Part shown: piece by piece, positions 51,636 to 64,000 of the stretch
How the letters are laid out: every line of letters starts with the position of its first letter
How positions within the stretch are numbered: position 1 is the stretch's first letter
NCBI RefSeq assembly: GCF_018350175.1
Contig: NC_058368.1
Location: 157,730,001-157,794,000 of the forward strand
Direction of reading: 5' to 3'
Origin: Felis catus
Taxonomy: Eukaryota
DNA length: 64,000 nucleotides
Translations under genes and position numbers: made by a program
The notes under the pieces: generated by a model
Database searches by the model: none
Told to the model about the DNA's origin: nothing
Seen by the model: the letters and a program-made list of their open reading frames with translations, nothing else

Positions 51636-51840
51636 TTTATTTATTTAGTTAATTACTTTTAGAGAGATAGTGCAAGCAGGGGAGAGGAGAAAAAGGAGAG
51701 AGAGAGAGAGAGAGAGAGAGAGAATCTTAATCTTAGCGTGGAGCCCAATATGGGTCTTGATCCCATCCCCCCCTGGGATCATGACCTAAGCCGAAATCAA
51801 GAGTTGGATGCTCAACCCACTGAGCCGCTCAGGTGCTCTA
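51636..51840 (-). mobile_element. CanSINE
   Basis: ctgggatcatgacctaagccgaaatcaagagttggatgctcaacc. Confidence 0.9.
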
Positions 51841-51867
51841 GAATACCTATTTTAAAACTAATTCCTA

Positions 51868-51893
51868 TTTTTTTTTTTAGTTTGTTTGTTTGT

Positions 51894-51928
<35 letters not shown>

Positions 51929-52115
51929 TTTTGAGAGAAAAACAGAGCACATGAACTTGGGGGGAGGTGGAAGGGAGGGGGGAGAGACAGAATCCTGAGC
52001 AGACTGCACTGTCAGCATAGAGCCCCAAATGGGGCTTGAACTCACAAACTGCAAGATGATGACCTGAACCAAAATTAAGAGTTGGATGCTTAACTGACAG
52101 CCACTCAGGCACCCC
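51868..52115 (-). mobile_element. CanSINE with (TTTA)n tail
   Basis: SINE body ending ccactcaggcacccc. Confidence 0.92.
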
Positions 52116-52317
52116 ACTATTTTTGCTTTGATGAAACAAAAATGATATGTAATGGATGATTAGCTAATTACCATTTCCCTGTATTTAACAGAGCAAAAGT
52201 TGTTTTTTTAACAATTATTTAATAATTTAAATAATTTAAAAATTAATTAAAATAGAAAAGAAATACTTGTATTTTGGTAGCCAATATATATTGTCCAAGT
52301 GGAAAAAAATATCAAAA

Positions 52318-52520
52318 GGGGCAACTGGGTGGCTCAGTCAGTTAAGCATCTGACCCTTGATTTCAGCTCAGGTCATCATCTCATGTTTGTGGGTTTGAGC
52401 CCTGCTATTGGGCTCTGTACTGACTGCTCAAAGTCTGCTTGGGGTTCGCTCTGCTCCTCCCTGGTTTTATCTTTTTTTCTCTCTCTCTCTCTCAAAATAA
52501 ATAAATAAAAACTTTTTTAA
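52318..52520 (+). mobile_element. CanSINE
   Basis: ggggcaactgggtggctcagtcagttaagcatctgacccttgatttcagctcagg. Confidence 0.92.
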
Positions 52521-52684
52521 AATTTCAAGAAAAATAGATCCCTTAAAAGTTATTCAGAATTTATTTCAGAAACACTGATATTCTAGATCTATTGCCAGTT
52601 TTCCAGTAACTTAATTAAGCATTACTTTTTGTTTCTTTATCATCTTTGATTTTTTTTTTTCCATCTTCTCATTTTTCTTTTGGC

Positions 52685-52875
52685 ATAGCATCCAGGAGAA
52701 AGAGCTTCTGGTCCTGCATTCCAAAACTTGGTTCAAGTCCAGTCTTTCCTTTTCATGGTTACGAAAGTTTGGGAAGTCATATTTACTGTATCTTGGCCTA
52801 GTTTCTTCATCTGTAAAATGATAGGGTTATATTGATTAATAGCCAAGATCCTTTCCAATTTTAACATTCTTTGGT
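52685..52875 (+). mobile_element. MIR3 fragment
   Basis: tagtttcttcatctgtaaaatgatagggttatattgattaatagccaagatcctttccaattttaacattct. Confidence 0.7.
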
Positions 52876-54378
52876 TCTTTAATCTTCTGGATTTGAGGGT
52901 AGAATGTAAACACATGGACATGAACATATGTTGAGAAATGCTATTAAAAATAGAAACAACACAGAAATTTAGATTTAGTTGGAGTTATGAATGAGTTCTG
53001 GTTCACTTATACTACAATACAGAGTTCTGTACTTTACCAGTTTGTATCTTCCAAGGAAAATGCATATATGTGGGGAAGCAAGGTGTTTGGATTGAATGTA
53101 GCATTTAACTCAGGGAAATTCAGAGCCACTTCAAACTAGAGATACCGACATTGTCTTTGGCTAGGTACAACTCAGATAATATCACTCTCAGATTGCGTCC
53201 CAAGTCACAGCTGTGTCACAGTACTAGCCTGAAGGCATCCTGTTGACGCAAGGGCCAGAATCCCAGCTCACTTATGACAGCTCCTCATTTAGTCTTTCTT
53301 GACCCCTTCCTAAACTGGAAGCTCTCTCTTCCCTCTTTATGCTCCAGTTCACTTGCATTTGGTCTTGCATTAAAGTTAGTTGCGTACAAGTCTCTCTCAC
53401 TTTAGTGGTTCTTCAACTGCCTGAGAGAACCCAAACTGTCTGGTTTACATGTGTATTTCCCATGGTGCCTTGCATGAAGCAGGCATATGGACATTTTTGT
53501 TGAAGTAAACATTTCAACTCAAGTTAAAAACAACTATGAAAATATCATGTTTTATATCCTTAAGTTCTAACACAAGGGTGGAGCTTATTAGAGGTACTGA
53601 AACCTGAGCTTGATAGAGGCAGAATGGCATTCAATGAAAAATCTCAACTCTACTAAGGTATGGGAAACTTGGCAGCTCAGTCAAGCTGAAAACATTCTTG
53701 CCTGGGGTTTTGGAAGGAGACTCAGATGCCTTTGTATTTACCCAATGGATGACGTTCACCTTTTGTCAGCCTAGTCAGTGATCTACTCTTCAACCTGGGG
53801 TTGTCTGCATTCTCCCATAGACCCCGGCCATGGGTCATACTATTTTGTCACATGATTCATTACTTGCTGTCTATATAGGCCTAAGACTTTCTGTTACCCA
53901 AAAAAGTGCTAACCTGAATAGAGAATGAAACGATAAAAAAAATCACCTACTGTAAAGATTCAGTGGCAAAATATACTGTTCTCTGTCTTTTGGAAATCTT
54001 ATTCTTCATAGTTAAAATCACTTTTAACTTTTTTAATGGTAATTTGTTTATTATTGTGTTTATAGTGAATATAACCTATTAACTTATTTATTGATTAACC
54101 AATTTTAATTATTATTGGTGATTTTCTGCTGTGAATGTTGTAGATTTAACTTGTTGAAACACTACTCAACTTTTCTTCCATTCTTTCTCCCAATGTTGGG
54201 TATTATATTATTAATTTTAGGCTTTCTGTTGTTACTTTTTTCATTTACAATAGTAGCATGTTTTATTTCTTGTTCCCTCAAATTTAAATGTATCTATTGA
54301 TTCAATACTATGTAAGATGGTGAAAATATTCAGTGGCCTTTACAGTGTGATGTCTTGTGTCTTTCTGCATTTTATTCC

Positions 54379-54455
54379 TTTTTTTAAAAAAAGTTTATTT
54401 ATTTATTTTGAGAGAGAGAGAGAAAGAGAGAGAAGGAACAAGTGGGGTAGGGGCA

Positions 54456-54505
<50 letters not shown>

Positions 54506-54618
54506 CTCAAGCAGGCATTATGCTTTGCACTGAGTCTGATGCAGGGCTTGATCTCATGACTTAAGCCAAATTCAACAGTTGCAGGCTTAACTGGTTGACT
54601 GAGCCACTTATGTGCTCC
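54379..54618 (-). mobile_element. CanSINE with expanded (GA)n
   Basis: aagtttatttatttattttgagagag...gaatctcaagcaggc...gactgagccac; flanked by attcctttt. Confidence 0.9.
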
Positions 54619-55394
54619 AATTCCTTTTTATTTAATAATTTATTTTTTTTCCAATTTCTTTATTCTCCTTCTGGTCCCCTATTTTGCTGAATATTGAACT
54701 TTGTGGATTGATACTTTGTGTCTCTTATCTTCTCTGTCATATGTTTCATCTTTTTATTTTTTCATTCTATATTATGATATTTTAAAAATGTGTACTGCTC
54801 TTTTATGAATTTTTGATTTTTATGTTTAAAATATTTTTAAGAGCTGGTTCTTACTGTGTTCTTTCCCATTTTTGTAGATTGTTGTTCTTGTTTTTAAGAT
54901 TATGACATCATTTACAAACTTCTGAATATTCTAATAAGAATTAAAAAAAAAAGACTTTTTCAGTTCCTTGCATGTCCACCATATTCTGCTGAGTCTATAA
55001 CTCTGATTTTATCTAGCTCTTTCTCTTTAATACTCTTAGTCTTCCTCATATGTCTGGTGGTCCTTGCTTATTAGTGCTTATTTTAGGCTACATGTTTAGG
55101 TTGATTATTCCAGGTCTGGGTTGCAAGTTTTCTTGGCTGCTCTTTAGGTAAGTTTCTTTCCTCATGATGTCTCTTCTCTGAATTGAAGGCTCTTTGTTTG
55201 TAGGTAGAGTTTATTATCTGCAGGATTTGCCTAAGGGTGAGTAGGTAAGGGACTGGGAAATCAGAGCTCATAGTAGCAGCCTGTACTTTTCCCAGGAAGC
55301 TTACTCAATTCCTTTAGGTGCCTGCACTGTTTTTATCTTGGAGGAATGAACACTGTGTTGCCTTTTATTGTGCATGCAGAGATCCTGGGCTGTG

Positions 55395-55397
<3 letters not shown>

Positions 55398-55478
<81 letters not shown>
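55398..55478. repeat. Compound (GT)n(GA)n microsatellite
   Basis: Direct reading. Confidence 0.97.
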
Positions 55479-55480
<2 letters not shown>

Positions 55481-55825
55481 ACTAGTGCAGCTACTTTATT
55501 GAAGGACTTTCAGTGATATCCCTGTTTTTACTGTCACCACTATAACCTACTTGCTCTGACCTGGGAGACTTTCCAAACTCCCTTTGAAAGTTAGGCTCTG
55601 CCCTTCACTGTGGTCCCCTTCTGTTCTGTACTGCAGTCTTCTGTGCTTCATTTCACTCATTCGTAGGATTTTGTGTTTTATATTCCTAGGACTTTGTTGA
55701 TTTAAGTAAAACAAAACAAAACAAAACAAACAAACAAACAAACAAAAACAAGATTCAAATTTCAACCACAGAGACTGAGTTCTTAACCTTTATGTTATAT
55801 TGCCTCTTAGTATCATGCCATTAAG

Positions 55826-56352
55826 AAAACCTCAAAAAATTAAAAATAGAACTACCCTATTATGTAGGAATTACACTACTAGATATTTACCCAAAAAATA
55901 CAAGAACAGTAATTCAAAGGGGTACATGCATCCAAATACAGCATTATTTACAATAGCCAAATTGTGGAAGCAGCCCAAGTGTCCCTCGGTAGATGAATGG
56001 ATAAAGAAGAGTGGTATATACATATAGTGGACTATTAGCCTTAAAAAAGAATGAAAGTTTGCCATTTGCAACAACATAGATAGAGCTAGAGAGTATAATG
56101 CTAAGTGAAATAAATCATTCAGAGAAAGACAAATACCATATGACCTCACTCATATGTGGAATTTAAGAAACAAAACAAATGAGCAAGGGAAAAGGGAGAG
56201 GGAGAGAGAGAGAGAAAGAGAGAGGGAAACCAAGGAACATATTTTTAACTATAGAGAATAAACTGATGTTTATCAGAGGGGAGGGGAGTGGGAACATGGG
56301 GGAAGGGGATGGGGATTATAGAGTACACTTGTCATGATGAAAAAAATAAAAA
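55826..56352 (+). mobile_element. 5'-truncated carnivore L1 3' end
   Basis: cctcaaaaaattaaaaatagaactaccc...; peptide ALFTIAKLWKQPKCPSVDEWIKK. Confidence 0.93.
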
Positions 56353-56519
56353 TTAAAACCCTTGATAGAAGGAAGGTGGAGTATCAAATAAAAGCTGATT
56401 ACATATTTTCTTAAAAAATAGACATTTTCCAGAAGAGACTCAAAAAATGAGTGTAATTCTATGGTGATGAGGAAGGTTGAATTATGAAATTCTGGCACAT
56501 AATTCAAAATTTTCTCAAT

Positions 56520-57950
56520 GGAAAGAAAATTGGGAGGCAGTAGAGAACCTGGCATATTTGCAGGTAGAGAACTTGTCTGATAAATCTGGAAGATATCTGT
56601 GTAAATTGTGGGTGGGAGAGCATAACTAAGGGGAATACAAGGGACTAGGATAAAAATTTCAAGAGAGTTAAAGCCAAAGATTAGCTGAGGCTCACAAAAA
56701 CCACTAGAGACAGCAGCAGCAAATTTCAGTGCTATTTTCAGAGCAATAGATAGATGAAAATTATAGGTCCATTGCTTGAGAATGATGGTATCATGTTAAA
56801 AGAAAACACTACACATCCGGTTTTCTTCTGTCTATACCAAGAAGAATGATCTTTAAGCTGGTACCATTGAGGGACCATTGCATTAAGAGGTCATTGATAT
56901 ATACAATGATATATACAATGAGAGGAGTTTAATGATAACAAACATTTTAGATGAATTCAAATTCCCAGATCCTGACAAATTATGTTTTAGGAAATAAACA
57001 ATCTCATTGATATCATCATAGTGCTACCATATTCTTTGAGAAATTTTGGAGAACAGAGGAAAAAATTCAAAAGAATGGAGAAAGGTACATATGACCCTAG
57101 TTTTCAAAAATTCCCACCCCATCAGTGTCAGGCTTGGCTGTGTCTTGCTGTGGTCAATGGAATGTGAGGGGTGACATTTGCTACTTCCAAGCAGAATCAA
57201 CAAGATTCACTGTATTTTCTGCTATCTCTGTTGAAAAACATGTCATCAGTTATTTGAACGACAGCTAAGATGTTGTATTTCTCAACTTTACATAAGGCCC
57301 ATTACTCTCTATAAAAGAGAATATGTTGGATGGTAAAATTAGAATTGAAAATGATATCTGTTGAAAATATACTGAAGGAAATGTGATAAAAAATTTATAA
57401 CTTGAAGTGTTGTATTTGTAAGCATCAGTTGTAATGAATGAAGGAGAACTTCTTTGAATTCAGGTGGAACCAGATAGTATGGATTGGTCCAAACCTTAAA
57501 TAACATTAGTGTGTGGCTGCCTCTATAAAAGGTAAGGTGATCTGAAGCTATATTAACAGAGTTTGGTTAAGAGTCCATATTAAGGGGACTATTATGTATT
57601 AATATTATATCCAATTCTTGGCACTACTTTTTAGTAGGAATCTTGATATGACCCAAGGTGTTTGGGTCAGTTTATTGGGTGGAGTTGGGAAGGTAGAGCT
57701 AGTAGGTCTAAACCTAAACCAAAGAATCTGTCCTGATAAGGGAAAGGCTAAAAAAGAAAGGAAGGATAACAATTGCAGATGTGTTCATACCTAAGGAGGG
57801 AGCAGGCTAAATATTTATATATCAAGATCTGCTTGGCTGCTTTAATACACTTGACCAGACTCCTGCTTTCTTAATCAACCCTGCTTCCTGGTGATATTAA
57901 GTTATAAATACATAAAAGAGCCATTGAATAAATGCACATCATGAAAGAGC
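56520..57950 (+). mobile_element. L3/CR1 LINE remnant (with a small MLT1 fragment at about 57115-57200)
   Basis: 56947-57110 ttagatgaattcaaattcccagatcctgacaaatta...ttctttgagaaattttggagaacagagg...gaatggagaaagg...ctagttttcaaaaa resembles CR1 ORF2 LDEFKSPGPD...FEKSWRTGEVPEDWRRANV.PIFKK. Confidence 0.7.
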
Positions 57951-58112
57951 TTTCTAATCCTAGATGATCAGCAGGATCATTTGGGGACCTTTAAAAATGC
58001 AGATACCGGGCCTCAGACTTCCTGAACCATAATTTCTGATGGTGTGCCCTGGAAATCTGTGTTTTCATAAAACTCCATTGATTCTAATGATCTAATGACT
58101 TGTGAGGCACTG
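57945..58112. mobile_element. MER5-type MITE
   Basis: atcagcaggatcatttggggacctttaaaaatgcagataccgggcc...ggaaatctgtgttttcataaaactcc. Confidence 0.75.
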
Positions 58113-58195
58113 TGGCTTGTGATGTGGTTAGTGTTCTAGTAACAAAAGTTGGATTGGAGATTACTAGTATGTCACCAAGGGAGGCAAAGCTAGGG

Positions 58196-58490
58196 CAGTG
58201 GTTCCCAGATTTTGGTCTTTATGGACAATACAACTTTTAAAGAAATGGGGCTCATCAACCTAGGATAGCTGACTTTCTAGTAGAACAGACCAGCCAACCA
58301 ACCAATGACCCTTATTGTTCCATTAAAAACATTAAATTTTAAAAGGATTGGAGCGGGATATAGTATGAGAAAAAAGTACAGTCTTTTAGAGTGAATGAAC
58401 TTAGTCACTTTTCTCATTTCATCAAGGACTGGTGACAATGTCCTCACATTGTGGCATCATTTGGTATATCAGCATTTGAGAACCAACAGT
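58196..58490. mobile_element. hAT-Charlie-type MER
   Basis: Ends cagtggttcccaga / tttgagaaccaacag. Confidence 0.55.
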
Positions 58491-58999
58491 ATAAGAAATG
58501 TTTCAGTTCCCTATGATCTCTGGTAACATGTTGCTGCATTGCTATGCAGGGTCAAGTGGTTCATAGTTGTTTTAAGGACTCTAGATCTGACAGTGGTGGA
58601 GGGGAAGGCTCTGAAAAGAGAATATGGATGGTATGGTGGGGGACACAGGGGTACCTTGGATGTTAAAGGATCTGTGAGTAATTGTTTGTGGAAGCTGATT
58701 GTTCAGCAGTAGAAGAAAAACTTGTGTGGACCTGAAAGCTATATTAAAATGTATGAAGGGCTTTGGTGTATAATAACCATTGTTATGCTAGAGGGCAGCC
58801 CTAGACCTATGTGAGGAAATCACTGGCAGACCCATTTCAGTTTAATGTAATCAAAAGCTTTCTGACAATCAGACCTTTCCAATAAAGGTGAACAAACTAC
58901 ACGGAGATGAGATTGCCCATTCCAGAAGAACTCAGAACATATCTGAATAACAAGTAATGTGTATGAAAGTGTTCTCATCCTAGTTGGAGGCTGGGTTAA

Positions 59000-59160
59000 A
59001 ATCACTATTTTCTAAGCCTGGCAGGTCTCCATAACACCTTGGAAGCCCTTTAAACAAATACAGATTCCTGGATCTCAGATCTATAGCAACAAAACTTTAT
59101 GAAGTGGGTTCATGAATCTTCATGTTTAAAAGGCCTCTCAGAAAATTCTGAGTTAAATTG
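59000..59160. mobile_element. MER5-type fragment
   Basis: acaccttggaagccctttaaacaaatacagattcctgga...catgaatcttcatgtttaaaagg. Confidence 0.55.
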
Positions 59161-59964
59161 CCTACAGCCTTAGAAAACAATCAGATGAAGTAAACACCAG
59201 AGTCTTAGCATTTTGTTATGGCATCAATATTTGAATATACACTTAATATCACATACTTTAGTATTGGCTACTTAAAAGTTATGTCTGAAACAACTAGTTA
59301 TCTGAACATCAGTGCAAACTGAGAACACTGACCTGTTTTTAAAACAAGATTTGCTTTGAGCGTCGAAGAGGAATTAGCCTCACATGAGGAAAATAAGTCA
59401 TGAACCTAATTATGAAATATAGATATGTAAACTTTCCAGATACTGTGTTTGTGCCAAAATTTTTATTTACAAGATCAATGACTTATTTCCAGTCTCAAAT
59501 CTCATGTTAGCTTAAAATGGCATTAAATATATGTTTATTTCTATGAAAGAGGATTTTCATTGGACATTTTTTAAAATATTTTTTTATTTTCATGAATATT
59601 TCATTCTGCTATAGATTGAGTCTTAGTAGAATTATCAGGCCCAAAGTTCTTCTTACTTATTTTTAGAGTCTGCACTTCTGATCTGGATTGTTGTCTTTGT
59701 TGAGTTTCTATCCCAAGCTTCTCCATATAGATTATCTAAAAGGCTTTCAAATGTTGACAGGAGGCTAGGTCCTGAATTATAGGCATAAGAAACTAGACAG
59801 AGGCCATTAATCAATTGGATATATAAACATTGCTCAAAAGTTTTTGAAGGTCTAATCCCTGAGATATCATTTTCCTAATATCTTTTGAATCTTTCAATCC
59901 TTTAGAAATATATTCTCATAGACACATGTACCTTTTCTTCTTTTAGCATCTAGGCTCTATTTGC

Positions 59965-60600
59965 ATATTGTTCATTTATGTGTTCAACAAAAGTCTAGTA
60001 GAAGCTAACAATTTACTCCGGGCGCAATGTTGGATATAACAAGATTCCTGTTCTCATGATGCTGTGTTATGATAAGGACAAAGAGATAAACTTGCAGAAA
60101 AATACATAAAAAGTTTATCTAGTGACAAGTGCTATAAAGAAACTTAAATTGGATCAGAGAATTTTGGGGGTCCCTTCTCTAGATGGAGTAGTTTGGAAAT
60201 GGGAGTGATATTTGCGGTGACTTGGTCACTGTGAACAGCTGTGAGAGAAGAGCTCTAGGGAGAGAGAATAGCCAGTGCAAAGGCACTGAGGCCATAATAA
60301 AAAGGGGACTTGAGATGCAAGTGTAGCACTATTTAATGAAAACTTGGATAGTACAAAAGAAGTTTACAAAGAAGACAAGGGCCAGAGAAGGCAAGATCTC
60401 ACAGGTTATGGTAGGAATTTGAATTTATTGCCTGAGAGTTTCTAATCAGAGATTGATATACTTTCATATTTTACAAAGATAACTCAGGGTCTGTGTAGAG
60501 AATGGACCACAGTCAGGTTAATAGTGAAATGAGGAAGACTAGCTCAAAGGCTGTTGTGTTAGTTCAGTCTAAAGGTGATGACTGCTTGTTAAAGCTTTCA
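59965..60600 (-). mobile_element. L2 fragment
   Basis: ttcatttatgtgttcaacaaa...gtgacaagtgctataaagaa...ggagagagaatagccagtgcaaaggcactgagg. Confidence 0.75.
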
Positions 60601-61242
60601 ACTGAGGGGTTGTATATGAAAATCACATATATACCCTTTTCAACAGACATTCTCAGTCAAGAAGGGCACAAATATGACTTTTACAACCTGATTGAACCTG
60701 AACTTGTATCTTTCAGGCTGATGATCATATGTCCAGCACTATCGCTAGTTTCATTTCTCAGCTTTTAGCCTACTACCATCTTCAGTTGAGACTCACTATG
60801 TTAGATGACTGGGCAGGACAATTTGGTGTTTATCAAGGCAAATGGCATCCATCCCAGTAAAAATCCAGAGACCAATCTCCAGTTGTTTCTGCCATTTCCT
60901 TTCTTCTTTCCACAGGTGTCTCTTTCTCAGTTTCTACCACTTAATTTTCTGTTCCCAAAGGAACACAGGCTCCTACTTCTCCCCTAGTAAGCTGTCTACT
61001 CTATGAGACACAAGGATGTTAATGTTTATGCTGTTGTTTTGAAGGATTTACTTTTTGTATGTAGAGGAATACAGAGATGAATACAAATAAAAATATAGAA
61101 AACTCCTTAGTTTATTCTACTAAAAGAAGGGAAAAAGAGGAAGTTACCTTTCCTTTTTGTTATGTCTTAAGTACAGCTGGAGGGGATGCAACGTGTTTTG
61201 AACACGTTTGTTTTGGAAGGGAAATTATATTGACATGGCTGT

Positions 61243-61450
61243 TGATAATATAATAAAATAATAATATAATATAATATAATATAATATAATATAATATAAT
61301 ATAATATAATATAATATAGAATACAATATAATATAGAATACAATATAATATAATATAGAATATTATATATATAATATATATATTATATTTATAATATTCT
61401 ATATTATATTGTATTCTATATTATATATATATCTATATATAATATAAAAT
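61243..61450. repeat. (AATAT)n tract containing an AT-rich inverted repeat
   Basis: Direct reading; arms about 61326-61376 and 61381-61426. Confidence 0.92.
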
Positions 61451-61451
61451 C

Positions 61452-61650
61452 TAACATTTCTTAAGCTATGTGTCAAGCAATGTTGCAGGTATTTTCTTGG
61501 ATTAATTCTCCTATAGTTATTCCTCTTCACAGATGAGGAAACTAAGGTGCAGAACTAGTAAGTGATTGGCTCAGTGTCCCACAGAGAGTGAGGGGCTAAC
61601 CCAGGATTTACAGCCAGGTTTTTCTACTCTCTAGGTTATGCTTCCTCTCC
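61452..61650 (-). mobile_element. MIR
   Basis: ttcacagatgaggaaactaaggtgcagaactagtaagtgattggctcagtgtcccacag. Confidence 0.85.
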
Positions 61651-63103
61651 AGGTGAGATGACTTGGGAATCTGCAGGGAAAGGAGACTTTGCATGTGTAA
61701 GGCTGAAGAACCTTTACCAGGTATGCGCACCTGCCTCTCTAACTCCTGATGTGGCTTTAACTCCTCCTCCTCCCGTTCCTCTCTGCTTGATGCACTTTTT
61801 ACCCCCAGGCCTTGCTTTCAGCTCCACTTTTCCTCAATCTACCCTTCACTTACACCTTTACCAAAAAGTATTTCTTTAAGTATGTGGTTGCCAAAATTAA
61901 AAGAAATATTCCCCCTATTTTTGTCACTAAATTTCTGATTCTGATGGCCCTAATACTCATTTGCTGTAACAGCTGCTCTCCATTTCTCTGTGGGTGCTCT
62001 CCTTGTGTCTGAAAGGGTGGGGAACTAGGAGAGCAGAGCTCCCTAGGCCAAAGGGACACAAAGCTTTCCTCTCTGTGGTTTGTCCCCATACATGTAGAGA
62101 CACTCATTTATCAGCTCAGCCTTCTCGCAGGTAGACTTTTGGTCACAGCAGGCTCCAGGAGATTACTTGTCTCACTACTGAATTTTCTTTATACGCTTTT
62201 TTTAAGTATGTATGAAATTATAGTCTTGAGCTTTCCTTTTTCATACACAAACTAATCATTATGAAACCCAATAATGATCCCTGAGGGAAAAACCACATGG
62301 AGCACAAGGGCTCAGACGTGGGGTGAGGGTGTTGGACAACAGACGTCGTTCCCTGACCCGTGGACACAATTCTCTCCAGGGGGTCAGTGCACTGCATTTT
62401 TATGACTTGGAACTATTTTTTTTCAGGATATTACACCATAGTTTCCACAAAGCCCAATTGTGTGTTGCAATGCCTATTTTGCATGTGCTATATCACTCCT
62501 GAGCCTGAAATCTCAAGGTTTGAGCATCAGGTATTATTGATCTGATGATCTGACTGAAACACAGGAGAGGAAGTTTAAAGGATCAGAAAAATCAAAAACA
62601 ATCCATGAGACAAACGGGCTGGTTTTCTCTAATACCTTTGACAAAACTCCTTTAACATGTTATTCTTATGGGTTATGTGACTACTGGATGACTAACTTGA
62701 TTATTTGCCTTGCAGTATAATAAGAGTCTGAGGGAGAGGTTTCTTTCAAATATTAGATTTAAACATGATTTATCTCCCAGAAGGTAGAAGATGGATGTAC
62801 CTCAACATTTTGCTTTTGAAAGACAAAGCTTTTGGTGCTTTTTAAAGGTTCTTGTTTGTTCTTGGGCCAAAATTAGAACAAGGGAAAGTTCTGGCACGTT
62901 TGGCTCTCAGAAAAGGCTGGCATATCTCACTTTTTATTTTATAGATAAATATGCTGTTAGTCAAGCACTCTTTCACATCATAGTGATATAATGTCACTTA
63001 AACATGATCTCTCCCAAAGAAAATTTTAGTTTACCACAGATCAAATCTTCAGGTGAAAGAAAGAAATATCCTGATTATGATTTACCTATGTATTTGTCTG
63101 ATC

Positions 63104-63311
63104 TTTTTTTAATGTCTTATTTTATTTTTGAGAGAGAAAGAGAGAGAGAGAGACAGAGTGTAAGCAGGGGAGGGGCAGAGAGAGAGACAGGGAAACAGAG
63201 AATCTGAAGCAGGCTCTAGGCTCTGAGCTGTCAGCACAGAGCCCAATGCGGGGCTCAAACTCATGAACTGGAACTGTGAGATCATGACCTGAGCGGACAC
63301 CTAGGCGCCCC
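63104..63311 (-). mobile_element. Feliform CanSINE with a deletion near the 5' end
   Basis: ...gagatcatgacctgagcggacacctaggcgcccc lacks the usual cttaaccgactgagcc segment. Confidence 0.92.
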
Positions 63312-63566
63312 GTTTGCTTTTCTTTTTAAGTTTATATTGTACTTTGTTTCAAAACGGAGATTTAAGGCTATTCATCATAGAATAAAAAATAATTAAAAAT
63401 AAATAATTGAGAACATTAGGATGACTTTAATATTGATAATTTTGAGTTTTAGAGGAAAATGGAAAAGAACTGTTTTGTTGTTGTTAGTAACTCTTATTTT
63501 ACCTTGAAATCTTAGGGCAGACATGAGATGGAGTCACCAACTCCACTTATAAAAGACCAATCTTAG

Positions 63567-63776
63567 AGGCGCCTGGGTGTCTCAGTCGGTTAAGCGTCTG
63601 ACTTGGCTCAGGTCAGGATCTCACAGTTCGTGGGTTCGAGCCCTGCGTTGGGCTCTGTGCTGACAGCTCAGAGCCTGGAGCCTGCTTCACATTCTGTGTC
63701 TCCCTCTTTCTCTGCCCCTTCCCTGCTCATGCTGTGTCTCTCTGTCTCAAAAATAAATAAACATTAAAAAAAAAAA
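63567..63776 (+). mobile_element. Felid CanSINE
   Basis: SINE body; TSD aaaagaccaatctta. Confidence 0.96.
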
Positions 63777-63827
63777 GACCAATCTTACAGCACATCTTAG
63801 ATACTTTATGGTTAAAAGGGTTTTCTT

Positions 63828-64000
63828 GGGGTGCCTGGGTGGCTCAGTTGGTTGAACGTCCGACTTCGGCTCAGGTCATGATCTCACAGTCTGTGGGTTC
63901 GAGCCCAGCCTCGGGCTCTGAGCTGTCAGCACGGAGCCTGGAGCCTGCTTGGGATTCTGTGTCTCCCTCTCTCTCTGACCATCCCCTGCTCATGCTCTGT
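63828..64000 (+). mobile_element. Felid CanSINE, cut by the window end
   Basis: ggggtgcctgggtggctcagttggttgaacgtccgacttcggctcagg. Confidence 0.95.

Larger units (their letters stand above)
53960..55790 (-). mobile_element. Very old L1 (L1ME-like) fragments
   Basis: T-rich decayed L1-like sequence (ttctcccaatgttgg..., ttttgctgaatattgaactttgtggattg..., ttcctcatatgtctggtggtccttg). Confidence 0.45.

Noticed and set aside
1..64000. CRISPR arrays, operons or other prokaryotic or viral systems
   Set aside because: The sequence is mammalian; recurring motifs are dispersed SINE/LINE copies, with no regularly spaced repeat-spacer array and no long intact ORF.

Overview
AT-rich mammalian genomic DNA from a cat-family carnivore, inferred from about 27 tRNA-derived CanSINE/SINEC elements, including young SINEC_Fc-type copies with intact target-site duplications (TSDs). 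No recognisable protein-coding gene, RNA gene or CpG island is present; the ORF track is explained by LINE-1 ORF2 remnants, SINEs, simple repeats and chance. The window is a mosaic of L1, L2, L3/CR1, MIR, MLT1 LTRs and DNA-transposon relics (MER5, MER46C-like, MER63-like), and is probably intronic or intergenic. The main structure beyond ordinary repeats is an old inverted duplication: about 870-2447 is a diverged reverse-complement copy of about 44470-45788. It is embedded in a broken L1, sits just after a fold-back L1 palindrome, and carries a SINE absent from the other copy. Also noted: a probable gene-conversion tract between two inverted young SINEs, an AT-rich palindrome, and several unverified exon-like segments. 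I found no evidence of a novel biological system. Repeat subfamily names and boundaries come from visual recognition and are approximate.
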